In this document: in pieces, positions 10,142 to 19,532 of the stretch | Position numbering within the stretch: the stretch's first letter is position 1 | Layout of the letters: every line of letters begins with the position of its first letter | Source of the DNA: Candidatus Woesearchaeota archaeon | GTDB taxonomy: Archaea; Nanobdellota; Nanobdellia; Woesearchaeales; UBA583 | Assembly (NCBI GenBank): GCA_027858315.1 | Contig: JAQICV010000049.1 | Span: 4,928-68,927 of the forward strand | Reading direction: 5' to 3' | DNA: 64,000 nt | The notes under the pieces: model-generated | What the model saw: only the letters and a program-made list of their open reading frames with translations | Database searches by the model: none | What the model was told of the DNA's origin: nothing | Position numbers and translations under genes: made by a program

Positions 10142-10190
10142 AACAATACAAAGAAATACTTATTTAAATAGATAACCATTAAATATTTTT

Positions 10191-11192
10191 ATGGCTAAAA
10201 AGAAAGACAGATTTGAAAATGTTCCACTAAAAGACCAAATCAAACCTGTTTTTGAAAAAAGATTTCGTGAAATGTTGAAAACAGACGAAAATTATAAAAA
10301 ATTTATTGAAACAATTCTAACTCCACAAAGAAAATCTTTCAGAATAAATAAACTAAAAGAAAAGAATCCTGAAAAAGCAATTAAAATCTTAAAAGAAAAA
10401 GGTTTAATTCTAAATCCAGTTAATTGGTCAAAAAATGCTTACTTTGCAGAATTTAGTGAAGAAGTTAGAACCGATTTAGGAAATCTCTATGAACACTTCT
10501 TAGGGAAAATCTATGTACAAGAAGCAACTTCTATGTGTCCTCCAGAATTATTAGAGATTCCAAAAGAAATTGATGATGATTTCAAAGTCTTAGACATGGC
10601 AGCATCTCCAGGTTCAAAAACAACCCAATTAGGAGATATGATGCAAAATAAAGGAACTCTTGTTGCAAATGAAATTGACTTTAAAAGATTAGGTCCTCTA
10701 AAAATTAATCTTGAAAGATCAGGACTTACAAATGTAATAATTTCAAATCTTGATGGAAGAAATGTAGAAGGCGAAGAAATATTCGATAGAATACTACTTG
10801 ATGCACCATGTTCAGGTTCAGGAGTTATTAGAAAATCTCCAAAAACAATTAAAACATATAACCCTAAAAAACTAAGAGGAATGCAACACCTTCAACTACA
10901 ACTAATGCAAAGAGCATATCATTTATTAAAAAAAGGAGGAATCATGACTTATTCAACCTGCTCAATAGACCCTGAAGAAAATGAATTTGCAATTCAGAAA
11001 TTCTTAGAACAAAATCCTGAAGCAATCCTTGAAAATGCAAAACTTAAAGGATTAATTCTAAACAACAAATTAGAAGAATTTGATGGTAAAAAAATTCCTA
11101 AAGAAATTACACAAAAAACAATTAGAATCTGGCCTCAAGACAACGATACTAATGGCTTCTATGTTGCAAAAATATCAAAGCCAAAACTTTGA
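10191..11192 (+). CDS. NOL1/NOP2/Sun-family RNA cytosine-C5 methyltransferase
   Basis: 333 aa. SAM motif DMAASPGSKTTQL, and catalytic Cys motifs DAPCSGSGVIRKSP and YSTCSIDPEENE. Confidence 0.8.
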   Translation: MAKKKDRFENVPLKDQIKPVFEKRFREMLKTDENYKKFIETILTPQRKSFRINKLKEKNPEKAIKILKEKGLILNPVNWSKNAYFAEFSEEVRTDLGNLYEHFLGKIYVQEATSMCPPELLEIPKEIDDDFKVLDMAASPGSKTTQLGDMMQNKGTLVANEIDFKRLGPLKINLERSGLTNVIISNLDGRNVEGEEIFDRILLDAPCSGSGVIRKSPKTIKTYNPKKLRGMQHLQLQLMQRAYHLLKKGGIMTYSTCSIDPEENEFAIQKFLEQNPEAILENAKLKGLILNNKLEEFDGKKIPKEITQKTIRIWPQDNDTNGFYVAKISKPKL

Positions 11193-11203
11193 TGCTTAAA
11201 AAC

Positions 11204-11219
11204 TAGTCCCACCTGGATT
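11204..11219 (-). repeat. partial duplicate of the tRNA-Gln 3' end (15/16 nt)
   Basis: tagtcccacctggatt here compares with tagtcccacccggatt at 11308-11323. It is the 3' end of a 77-nt tRNA-sized unit (11204-11280) that also begins with AGTC, as the tRNA does. Confidence 0.75.
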
Positions 11220-11307
11220 GTTAGATAACAATTTTTATTAAAAATTTTAGATAACTGCCGAAGATACTTAGTATCTGACTGCACAAGAACTCGGTTAGAA
11301 TACGAAG

Positions 11308-11380
11308 TAGTCCCACCCGGATTCGAACCGGGGTCTGCGGACCCAGAATCCGCAATGATAGTCCACTACACTATAGGACT
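11308..11380 (-). tRNA. tRNA-Gln (anticodon CUG)
   Basis: Folded by hand. Acceptor stem AGTCCTA/TGGGACT, anticodon stem GCGGA/TCCGC with loop TTCTGGG, T-arm CCCGG-TTCGAAT-CCGGG, discriminator A. No encoded CCA and no intron. Confidence 0.85.
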
Positions 11381-11492
11381 GCAATTTTAAACAGTGGCTC
11401 GAACAAAGCGAGACCACAACACTCGATTTGTGAATCGACTTAGGGACTGTAAAACTGTTATTAATATTAAGAATCTAAATTGATTTAAAAAA

Positions 11493-11684
11493 TTATTTTA
11501 AAATTCCTAAAGTATCTTCTACATTTGAAGCTTGCCCAGTAAAATTTGGGACAATATAAAAAATAATAATTCCTAAAAGAACTACCAATAATACTGCATA
11601 AATTAACATCTTCCCAAGCTCTTCCATCTCAATTGCTCCAGACTTATCCTTAATCATATATTTAATTATCTCAAACATTTTCAC
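11493..11684 (-). CDS. small class-III-signal (pilin/Flp-like) protein
   Basis: 63 aa. KDKSG|AIEMEELGKMLIYAVLLVVLLGIIIFYIV shows a charged N-terminus, Gly at -1, Glu at +5 and a hydrophobic helix. Confidence 0.45.
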   Translation of the reverse strand: MKMFEIIKYMIKDKSGAIEMEELGKMLIYAVLLVVLLGIIIFYIVPNFTGQASNVEDTLGILK

Positions 11685-12535
11685 ATCACATAAATTTTAA
11701 ATTTACCTTTGTTAATTTCTTTCTTAAAACCTGAAACATCACTAAAATCCTCAGTTGCAATAACAAATTTCTCTGAAATCAACTTAAAACTTTTTTTCTT
11801 AGCAAGTCCTAAAGTAAAAACCTCCATTAAAAAACCCATATCAAAACTACCTTCAATACTTAATACATTATCTTTAGAATTTTCAATTTCTTTCACATAA
11901 GAACTCTTAACGACATCCTTTAATTTATCAATCTCTTTCTTTTGTTCTTTCCACTCATTAAAAAACTTCTCAGAAGTCCTAACCAAAGAACCCTCATCAA
12001 CACTAAACACTTCCTTAACTGAATCAACAATTTCTTGTTTCTTTTCCACAAGTTCAAGCGCAAAATCATTAACAACAAATCTTAGTCTTACAACTCCATC
12101 TTGAATCTTTTGTGAATCAACAATTTTAATAAGACCTATCCCACCAGTAGATTCCATATGAATTCCACCACAAGCCTCAATATCATTCTCTTCAACAGAA
12201 ACAACCCTTAAAACTTTCATAGGAATTGCTCCTCCTTGATATAGTGTGAATCCGTATTTAGCTTCAGCTTCTCCTCTCTCAAGTTCTTCAACCTTAACTA
12301 GTTTGTTTTCAAAGACAACTTTATTTGCTAACTTTTCAATCTTAAAAATCTCATCCAAACTCAAATTATCATAATGAGTAATATCTAAACTACCAATATC
12401 GGCCTTTAAATTAGAACCATTTTGCCAAATATGAGAACCTAAAACTTCTCTTGCAGAAAAATTTATAATATGAGTTGCAGTATGAAGTCTTTTCAACTTC
12501 TCCCTATTATCTAAATCAACTTTAATCTTTACCAT
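11681..12535 (-). CDS. alaX: alanyl-tRNA editing protein (AlaX-like; editing core plus C-terminal helical/C-Ala-like region)
   Basis: 284 aa. Zinc/editing motifs HTATHIIN and CGGIHMESTG (tRNA_SAD domain). Confidence 0.7.
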   Translation of the reverse strand: MVKIKVDLDNREKLKRLHTATHIINFSAREVLGSHIWQNGSNLKADIGSLDITHYDNLSLDEIFKIEKLANKVVFENKLVKVEELERGEAEAKYGFTLYQGGAIPMKVLRVVSVEENDIEACGGIHMESTGGIGLIKIVDSQKIQDGVVRLRFVVNDFALELVEKKQEIVDSVKEVFSVDEGSLVRTSEKFFNEWKEQKKEIDKLKDVVKSSYVKEIENSKDNVLSIEGSFDMGFLMEVFTLGLAKKKSFKLISEKFVIATEDFSDVSGFKKEINKGKFKIYVM

Positions 12536-12545
12536 TTTAAATAAA

Positions 12546-12809
12546 TCATACCTTCAAACTAAAACTTACAATCAAAAAAACTACTCCAATAATCAAGTAA
12601 TTAAAACCTGTATCTAAAATAGGATAATAACTTCCAAGTAAATTTGCAAGACCAAAACTAATCAAAATAAATCCCAAAATAATCAAAAGAGAAATCTCTC
12701 CAACCCTTAAAGCTTTACTCTTAATTTTATCTTTAACAAAATTCCCTGCTTCTTCTACAACTTGAGCCTCAAGAGTTTCAAAAACTCCTTTTTCTGCCTT
12801 TTTTATCAT
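12546..12809 (-). CDS. small two-TM membrane protein (hypothetical)
   Basis: 87-aa ORF with two hydrophobic helices. Confidence 0.4.
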   Translation of the reverse strand: MIKKAEKGVFETLEAQVVEEAGNFVKDKIKSKALRVGEISLLIILGFILISFGLANLLGSYYPILDTGFNYLIIGVVFLIVSFSLKV

Positions 12810-12842
12810 AATATTTATATTTAAAATAATATTTATAAACTT

Positions 12843-13436
12843 ATGGAATTCATAAATGAAGGGGCAGAAGCTAAAATATTCAAAATAGACAATTATACAT
12901 TAAAGAAAATAAGACTCCCTAAATCATATAGAATCGAACTTCTAGACACAAAACTAAGAAAAAAAAGAAACAAAAGAGAATTCAAAGTACTAACAAAATT
13001 ACACGAAAATAAGCTAAATGTACCAAAACCAATGGAATTAATTGAAAAAAAAGGAGAAGAGCTCTCATTTACATTCCAATATCTACAAGGAGATGTTCTA
13101 AAAAATTCAATAAATGAAAAATCATTAACAAAAGCATTTAACCAAATAATCAAAATGCACAACCTAGATGTAACTCATGGAGACTTAACAACCCTAAATA
13201 TGATTGAAGAAGACTCTAAAGTATATTTGATAGACTTTGGACTATCAGAATTCTCTCATAGAATGGAAGACAAAGCAGTAGATTTAAATCTATTTTTCAC
13301 ATGCATAAAAAATGAACACCATGAACTATACAAACAAAAAGAAAAATTAGAACAAACTTACCTAAAAAAAGCTACAAATGGAGAACTAACAATAGAAAGA
13401 CTTAGAAAAGTAGAACTAAGGGGCAGAAACAAATAA
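12843..13436 (+). CDS. bud32: KEOPS kinase/ATPase Bud32 (Kae1-associated kinase), stand-alone
   Basis: 197 aa. GAEAKIF, catalytic loop HGDLTTLNMI and VYLIDFGLS. Confidence 0.75.
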   Translation: MEFINEGAEAKIFKIDNYTLKKIRLPKSYRIELLDTKLRKKRNKREFKVLTKLHENKLNVPKPMELIEKKGEELSFTFQYLQGDVLKNSINEKSLTKAFNQIIKMHNLDVTHGDLTTLNMIEEDSKVYLIDFGLSEFSHRMEDKAVDLNLFFTCIKNEHHELYKQKEKLEQTYLKKATNGELTIERLRKVELRGRNK

Positions 13437-13437
13437 A

Positions 13438-14023
13438 CTATTTAATTCTTTTTATTCTATCAAAACTTACATCATATACTGCAACACCAGTTACATCTTC
13501 TCCTTTTTCTCTCGGCACTAAAACTAAATATTTCATAAGTTCAATCAAAGCATCATCATACCCCTGAAATTTCTCAATATCGATAACTCTCCGTTCTTCT
13601 GGAGAAGAAAAAAATAAAATAAAATTATTATTTGGTTTGTTTTTTTCTACCATGTAAAACAATTTAGCCTTTGCTTTCCTAGCATCGTTAATCTCATAAA
13701 ATTCGATTCTATCTCCCAAAAATTTAATTAAAAGTAAATTAAACAAGCTAGTTCTTGCTAAAAATGGAAGATCACCAAAATATTTATCATCAATTATATC
13801 TTCAAATTCTTTTCCAGAAACAACAATTTTTTTTATGAAAATCCTGATGTCTATTCAAACCAAATTCACCTTGACAAAAACCTACAATATTATTATAATT
13901 AAAACTTTTATCAATTAGAGTATTTTCTCCAGTAGATTCTTGTGCCAAAGTATCACACCCTGCAATAAATCCTAATAACATATTATTATTATCAAAATAA
14001 GGCACTATGCAATGATATGTCAT
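13438..14023 (-). pseudogene. hypothetical gene split by a frameshift at an A8 (plus-strand T8) homopolymer
   Basis: ORFs 13802-14023 and 13438-13746 are joined by an open frame (VVSGKEFEDIIDDKYFGDLPFLARTSLFN...). Removing one A from the run at 13827-13834 gives one ORF of about 195 aa. Confidence 0.55.
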
Positions 14024-14055
14024 ATAATTAAAAATTAGATTAAAAGTTTATAAAT

Positions 14056-14802
14056 TTATTTAAAAATTTTACCTAAATCAGTTGGGTAAAATATAAACTT
14101 AGCAGATGGATCAGATGAAATATCATTAATCGTTTGAAGTGTCCTCAATTGCATTGCGCCAGGATACTTAGCTAAAACCATTGCAGCTTTTGCTAAATTG
14201 TGTGAAGCAGTAACCTCTCCTTCTGATTTAATAATAATTCCTCTCTTCTCCCTCTCAGCTTCAGCCTCTCTAGCCATAATTCTTTGCATGTCTTGAGGTA
14301 ATTCGATATGTTTTAGTTCAACTCTTTCAACTTTTAATCCCCAAGCATCAGATGCATGGTCAATAATTTTTCTAATTTTATCTGAAATTTGATCTCTATT
14401 AGCTAAAAGCTCATCCAATGAAACTTCACCAACAACATCTCTCATTGTAGTTTGAGATAATTGTGAAATCGCATAATAAAAATCTTCTACATCAAGAATT
14501 GCTTTCTTTACATCAAACACATAATAATAAGTTACAGCATCAACATTAACTGAAACATTGTCCCTTGTAATACAATCTTGTTTTGGTACATCAACAGTTT
14601 TTACTCTAATATCAATCTTTTGAGCACTTTGAAAAACAGGCACTACAATATTAATACCAGGAGTAAGTAATCCTGAATACCGTCCTAAAGTAAATTTAAG
14701 ACCTCTTTCATATTCCATAACTTGCCTAATTCCAGAAATGATTAAAATAAACACAACTACAATCGCAAAAATAATAACACCGATAAATCCTTCTACAGCC
14801 AT
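14056..14802 (-). CDS. SPFH/band-7 (stomatin/prohibitin-like) membrane protein
   Basis: 248 aa. N-terminal TM, then an SPFH core (QDCITRDNVSVNVDAVTYYYV...) and the coiled segment REAEAEREKRGIIIKSEGE. Confidence 0.85.
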   Translation of the reverse strand: MAVEGFIGVIIFAIVVVFILIISGIRQVMEYERGLKFTLGRYSGLLTPGINIVVPVFQSAQKIDIRVKTVDVPKQDCITRDNVSVNVDAVTYYYVFDVKKAILDVEDFYYAISQLSQTTMRDVVGEVSLDELLANRDQISDKIRKIIDHASDAWGLKVERVELKHIELPQDMQRIMAREAEAEREKRGIIIKSEGEVTASHNLAKAAMVLAKYPGAMQLRTLQTINDISSDPSAKFIFYPTDLGKIFK

Positions 14803-14845
14803 TTTTTATAATACAATAATATTTTTTATATAGAAATAAAAAGAA

Positions 14846-15928
14846 TTAGAAAACAGTTCTAATTCCTAAATCACTCGAAACTTTTCTACCAGCCTCAATT
14901 TTTTCTTCTTTAGTTTCATTACCTAAAATATGAGGTGATGCAACTCCAGTCATAATAGTCATAACAGTAACTCTCTTAGAATGTTGATCATCTACTCTAG
15001 CACCCCAAATTACATTTGCATCAGGATGAATAGATTCAGTAATTAAATTACCTGCTCTCTCAATTTCTTCCAAAGTCATATCTTTACCACCAGTAATATG
15101 GATTAAAGCACCATTAGCACCAGAGTAATCAATATCAAGTAAAGGATTAGATAAAGCTTCTTCAACAGCTTCTTCAACTCTTCTATTAGTATCAGAAGTT
15201 CCAATACCTACTGTTGCAACTCCACCTGAAGTCATAATAGCTTTTACATCTGCAAAATCTAAATTAACTAGACTTGGAGTAGCAATAATTTCTACAATAC
15301 CTTTAATCATAACAGAAACCAATTCATTAGCAACAGCAAGTGCTTGCTCTACAGGTAATTGACCAGCAATTTGAACTAATCTATTATTATCAATAACAAT
15401 AACAGTATCTGTTGTTGCTCTTAATTGTTGTAAACCAAATTCTGCTTTATCAATTCTTGCTCTCTCAATACTAAAAGGCATAGTTACAACACCAATAACA
15501 ATAGCACCCATATCTTTTGCAATCTTACCAACAACTGGCGCAACTCCAGTTCCAGTACCACCACCAAGACCAGCACAGATAAAAACCATATCTGATCCTT
15601 GCACTGCTTCCTTAATCTCAGAAGAACTCTCTTTTGCAGCTTCAGCTCCTTTTTTAGGATCTCCACCAGCACCTAAACCTCTAGTTACTTCTTTACCAAC
15701 TAAAATTTTTTTGTCAGCATTCTTTAACTTAAGGTCTTGTAAGTCTGTATTCACAGCTACAATTTGAGCTCCTTCAATTCCCTTGTTGTATAACCAGTTA
15801 ACCATATTTTGGCCACCACCTCCACAACCTACGACAGTCATTCTTGCCTGTCCAACTTCATATTTGTCTACATCATCATCAGACATATTTTGTAAAGCGT
15901 TTTTAACTAAAAAGTCCATTTTTCTCAT
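14846..15928 (-). CDS. ftsZ: cell division GTPase FtsZ
   Basis: 360 aa. VVGCGGGGQNMVNWL and the tubulin signature GLGGGTGTGVAPVV. Confidence 0.95.
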   Translation of the reverse strand: MRKMDFLVKNALQNMSDDDVDKYEVGQARMTVVGCGGGGQNMVNWLYNKGIEGAQIVAVNTDLQDLKLKNADKKILVGKEVTRGLGAGGDPKKGAEAAKESSSEIKEAVQGSDMVFICAGLGGGTGTGVAPVVGKIAKDMGAIVIGVVTMPFSIERARIDKAEFGLQQLRATTDTVIVIDNNRLVQIAGQLPVEQALAVANELVSVMIKGIVEIIATPSLVNLDFADVKAIMTSGGVATVGIGTSDTNRRVEEAVEEALSNPLLDIDYSGANGALIHITGGKDMTLEEIERAGNLITESIHPDANVIWGARVDDQHSKRVTVMTIMTGVASPHILGNETKEEKIEAGRKVSSDLGIRTVF

Positions 15929-16040
15929 CGAACTAAAACTAGAATATCGAGATCTAGTCTTATTACATAAATTGGAAATTTTCCAGTATTAAATATAATG
16001 TATTCTCTACCTAGTAGTGTACCTACTAAAAGAAAAGAAC

Positions 16041-16628
16041 TTAATTTTCAGAAGTTTCAGTAATTTCAGTTACTTTTTCCTCTAAAAAAGTTGTAATATT
16101 TTTGTTTGCAGCCTCTCTAAACTCATCTTCATTTTCAATTTTAAAATAATCAAAAAACTTCTTTGTAACTTTATAATATTTGCCAATTCCTTTCTTCTCA
16201 TAATAAACAAACTTAGCCTTATACAAATAATCTACTTCTTGTTTTACTGACTTCCCTAAAATCTCAAAAAGTCTAGTTTTAGTTACTGGCTGCTCATATG
16301 CAATTACTGAAAGTACCTTTAAAACACTTTTAGGTATCTCTACATTAGAAATTAACTCTGAAACTAATTCCTCATACTCTCCATAAAGAGCCATTCTCCA
16401 TTTAGAATCTTCATTTTGTTCAACTCTAAAGGAATATCCTTCCTTGTATATCGATTCAAGTTCTTTCAAACTATTATTAATAAGCATCTCAGAATCAAGT
16501 CCTAAAGAAGACATTATTTCAGAGACACTAATCCAATCACCATAAGAAAATAAAATCGCTTCAACTTTCCTTTTTACCTCATCAAAATTTGCTTTAGACA
16601 TTTTAATCATAAAAACTGTTGAAACCAT
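16041..16628 (-). CDS. scpB: segregation and condensation protein B (ScpB)-like
   Basis: 195 aa. KVEAILFSYGDWISVSEI and a second wHTH (LKVLSVIAYEQPVTKTRLFEILG). Confidence 0.7.
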   Translation of the reverse strand: MVSTVFMIKMSKANFDEVKRKVEAILFSYGDWISVSEIMSSLGLDSEMLINNSLKELESIYKEGYSFRVEQNEDSKWRMALYGEYEELVSELISNVEIPKSVLKVLSVIAYEQPVTKTRLFEILGKSVKQEVDYLYKAKFVYYEKKGIGKYYKVTKKFFDYFKIENEDEFREAANKNITTFLEEKVTEITETSEN

Positions 16629-16761
16629 AAAATTTGGTCAACATTTATAGATATAAAGTAAAAAATACGCTTTATAAAGGTTTTTCACTTTTAAGAAGTA
16701 TTAAATAATAAGTTCATAAACCAAACAACAGTGTTATAAACAAAAAAAGATTAACTAAAAT

Positions 16762-17292
16762 ATGAAAATTATAGAAGAAAAAAATCTAAGTATTGAAAAA
16801 TTCAAAAAACAATACAAAAAAGAAAACATCAAAATCGAATATCTGAAATTTGATAATCTATTCTATGTCGAAAGTTTCTTCTCAAATAAAGACTTGCCAT
16901 TCACAGAAGAAAAATTCTATGAAACTCTAATTGAAGTAGTCTCAAATACTCTAAAAAGCTACATACAAGAACTAGAATATTATGTAAATATAAAACCCTC
17001 AACACCTCAAATGAGTTCAGACTCAGAAATAATATTCAAAGAAAAAGATAAATTACAAAAATTTTACCTAAACTTACACATATATTACAAAAAATATCAT
17101 TTATTATATCTAAAATCAAAATTAGACACAAATGAAGTAGTAAATTTTCTTGAAGAAATCTTTGAAAAAGTAAGTGAATTCAACAAGTATTCAATAAAGC
17201 TCCAAACAAAATTAATCACAAATCTAAAAGAAAAACTTGAAGAAGTAAGCAAAGAAAAAGTAGTCCAATACGAAAGTTCAATATTTAATTAA
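16762..17292 (+). CDS. hypothetical K/E-rich helical protein
   Basis: 176-aa ORF. No recognised motifs. Confidence 0.4.
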   Translation: MKIIEEKNLSIEKFKKQYKKENIKIEYLKFDNLFYVESFFSNKDLPFTEEKFYETLIEVVSNTLKSYIQELEYYVNIKPSTPQMSSDSEIIFKEKDKLQKFYLNLHIYYKKYHLLYLKSKLDTNEVVNFLEEIFEKVSEFNKYSIKLQTKLITNLKEKLEEVSKEKVVQYESSIFN

Positions 17293-17361
17293 ATTCCAAA
17301 ATAAAAAATATTACTTTATTTTATTGTGATAAGCAACGATTAAAAATTCAATTTAGAATTT

Positions 17362-17823
17362 TTATTTTATTTCCAAATATTTCCTTTGTCTCAAATACAA
17401 AACACGACAAGCTTTATTTTGAATCTCTAATTTTAATTCTTTATCATTTGTTGCAATTAACACATCCTTACTCAAATTAGATAATATTTGATCATCAATA
17501 TATCTTTCAGATGATTTAATCACCTTAAAACCGTAAATATGAAGCATTTTTACAATAAGGGAAAGATATACCTTATTTTTATCTCCTTTCCTCTCTACAC
17601 TCTCAAGTTCACCAATAGTACCCTCATAAATGTATAATTTATAATTAGAACCAACAACTCTTCTAAGTTCAGCAACAACATCAATATTAAATTGAAAAGT
17701 TACAAACAAAAAATTAGTATCAAAAATAATTGAATTCTTATTTTTCAAAACATCTTCAAAATCAACTCTATCTAAATCAAAAGTCGAATTCTTAATAGTA
17801 AATTTTTCAAATTTTTCTACCAT
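17362..17823 (-). CDS. PIN-domain nuclease (Fcf1/VapC9-like)
   Basis: 153 aa. Acidic PIN residues occur in IIFDTNFLF, YEGTIGELE and LIATNDKELK. The start codon overlaps the upstream gene by 1 nt. Confidence 0.65.
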   Translation of the reverse strand: MVEKFEKFTIKNSTFDLDRVDFEDVLKNKNSIIFDTNFLFVTFQFNIDVVAELRRVVGSNYKLYIYEGTIGELESVERKGDKNKVYLSLIVKMLHIYGFKVIKSSERYIDDQILSNLSKDVLIATNDKELKLEIQNKACRVLYLRQRKYLEIK

Positions 17824-19478
17824 TACCCCTTACTCCTACCTGGTGCCTGACCAGGAATTTCACTCTTAAGCATATGTTTATAGACAATCTCACTATTAGG
17901 ACCAAGACTCTCAAATAAAGAAGAACTATACTTTTTCTTATCATCTAAAAGATGAATTGCCGAATTTCCTGCTGTAATCGAACCTGGATTTATATGATAA
18001 ATACCATCCTTTTGATGCGGAGTAGGCGAATGTTCATGACCTCCTAAAACTAGTGCTCCCTCATATCCACTATCTTTCTTACTCATAAGATCATGTGCAT
18101 AAAACTCCTCAAGACCAGCTCTTTGAGGATCATCAATAACACTATGATTCAAAATAACATCTGCTCCTTTCGGCAATTTAATTGAATCCAACCCAGTTTT
18201 TAATTTTGTCTCCAGTAATTTTTTAGTATTATTTTCTATATAATTTCCCAAAGCACCCGAACCTATACCCATTGCAGCTCTTTGAAGTGAAATCTCTACA
18301 TATTTTTTTAACTCTTTTTCAGAAATATTCATATTACTACCCTCATTAAGCTTATATAATATATCTTGAAAAGGTTTTGATTCAACTTTTTCTTTCTCAA
18401 GTTGTTCCCTTAGACCAGCATACCCGAAAACTTCATCAAAATCAGGCCCTTGCGTAAAATTACCATTAGCACTTTTAACAATATTTCCAAATCTTATTCC
18501 TGAAACATCCCTAGTTTCACCTGGTTTTACAATATATTCTCCCAATACATCTTCTAAAACCGAATGTACATCATGATTACCTCCAACCATAACAACATTT
18601 TCAGGTCCTAGTCCAAACTCCTTTAAAATATTTTTAATTTCACCATACTCATTTCTAGCATGATGATACATTCCTTGTTTAAGCATATCTTGTACTTTTT
18701 TTTGAGTATTTCTAAATTCTAATTTTTGTTCATTAGATAAAAATCTAGGGTCTTGCATACCAAAGATAAAACCCATGAATTTCTCTAAAGGATTATTTTG
18801 TTGTGAACTAAGAGAAGAACTTCTCTCAGTAATCATCTCTTCACTTAAACCAGCAAGTTTCATTAAAAAATTATAATTAGTTTGAAACTCTTTCTTCTCA
18901 CTCTTTGAAAAACCTGCTTTTTTAAAAATACTCTTTGTCAGAAAAGCTTCAAGACCCTCTTTAGATTGATCAAAAAAATCGCTGCCAATATCGCCCGTTA
19001 AAGCAACAGCAACATTTTTCTTAATCCCAGTAGGTTTCCCTTTTTTATCAAATTCTAAATGTCCTTTAGTTTGCAACTCATTAAGTAATCTACCTTTAAA
19101 CTCTTTAGGTGTTGCATGTAAATCCGTAATATGATTAATCTCGAATTTTGCATCACTTCTAACTCTATTAAATCTCCCCTCATTCTCATGACTTTCAGGT
19201 GAAAGAGGTAAAGTTTTTTTATTTTGTTTATTAGCTTGAGCAACCTGAGATTTTACTTCTTTGGGTAACTGAGAATTCTCGACAAAGTTAATTTCATCTT
19301 TATCTAATACTTTACCTGATTTTAATTTCTCTTCAATCCCTTGCATATTAGCTTGAAAATTATGAAATTCTGCATATTCTCTCTCTTCAGTTGTTAGATC
19401 ATTTCCCTTTTTGCTTTGAATAGAACTAACCAAACTATTAATTTGTTCTTCAGAATAACTAGAAAAATCTTTTACCAT
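17823..19478 (-). CDS. calcineurin-like metallophosphoesterase with a long N-terminal extension
   Basis: 551 aa. Motifs ITDLHA, LTGDIGSDF, VGGNHDVH and LGGHEHSP. Confidence 0.7.
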   Translation of the reverse strand: MVKDFSSYSEEQINSLVSSIQSKKGNDLTTEEREYAEFHNFQANMQGIEEKLKSGKVLDKDEINFVENSQLPKEVKSQVAQANKQNKKTLPLSPESHENEGRFNRVRSDAKFEINHITDLHATPKEFKGRLLNELQTKGHLEFDKKGKPTGIKKNVAVALTGDIGSDFFDQSKEGLEAFLTKSIFKKAGFSKSEKKEFQTNYNFLMKLAGLSEEMITERSSSLSSQQNNPLEKFMGFIFGMQDPRFLSNEQKLEFRNTQKKVQDMLKQGMYHHARNEYGEIKNILKEFGLGPENVVMVGGNHDVHSVLEDVLGEYIVKPGETRDVSGIRFGNIVKSANGNFTQGPDFDEVFGYAGLREQLEKEKVESKPFQDILYKLNEGSNMNISEKELKKYVEISLQRAAMGIGSGALGNYIENNTKKLLETKLKTGLDSIKLPKGADVILNHSVIDDPQRAGLEEFYAHDLMSKKDSGYEGALVLGGHEHSPTPHQKDGIYHINPGSITAGNSAIHLLDDKKKYSSSLFESLGPNSEIVYKHMLKSEIPGQAPGRSKG

Positions 19479-19532
19479 AGAATTAACTAAATCTCAAAAA
19501 TATATAAAACTATCTAAAATAAAAATAAAAAA

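Noticed and set aside
11204-11457. Split or permuted tRNA halves, or an intron-containing second tRNA-Gln
   Set aside because: The central tRNA is complete and intron-free. The flanking units keep only 4-16 nt of the tRNA termini and lack D, anticodon and T arms, so they cannot supply exon halves.
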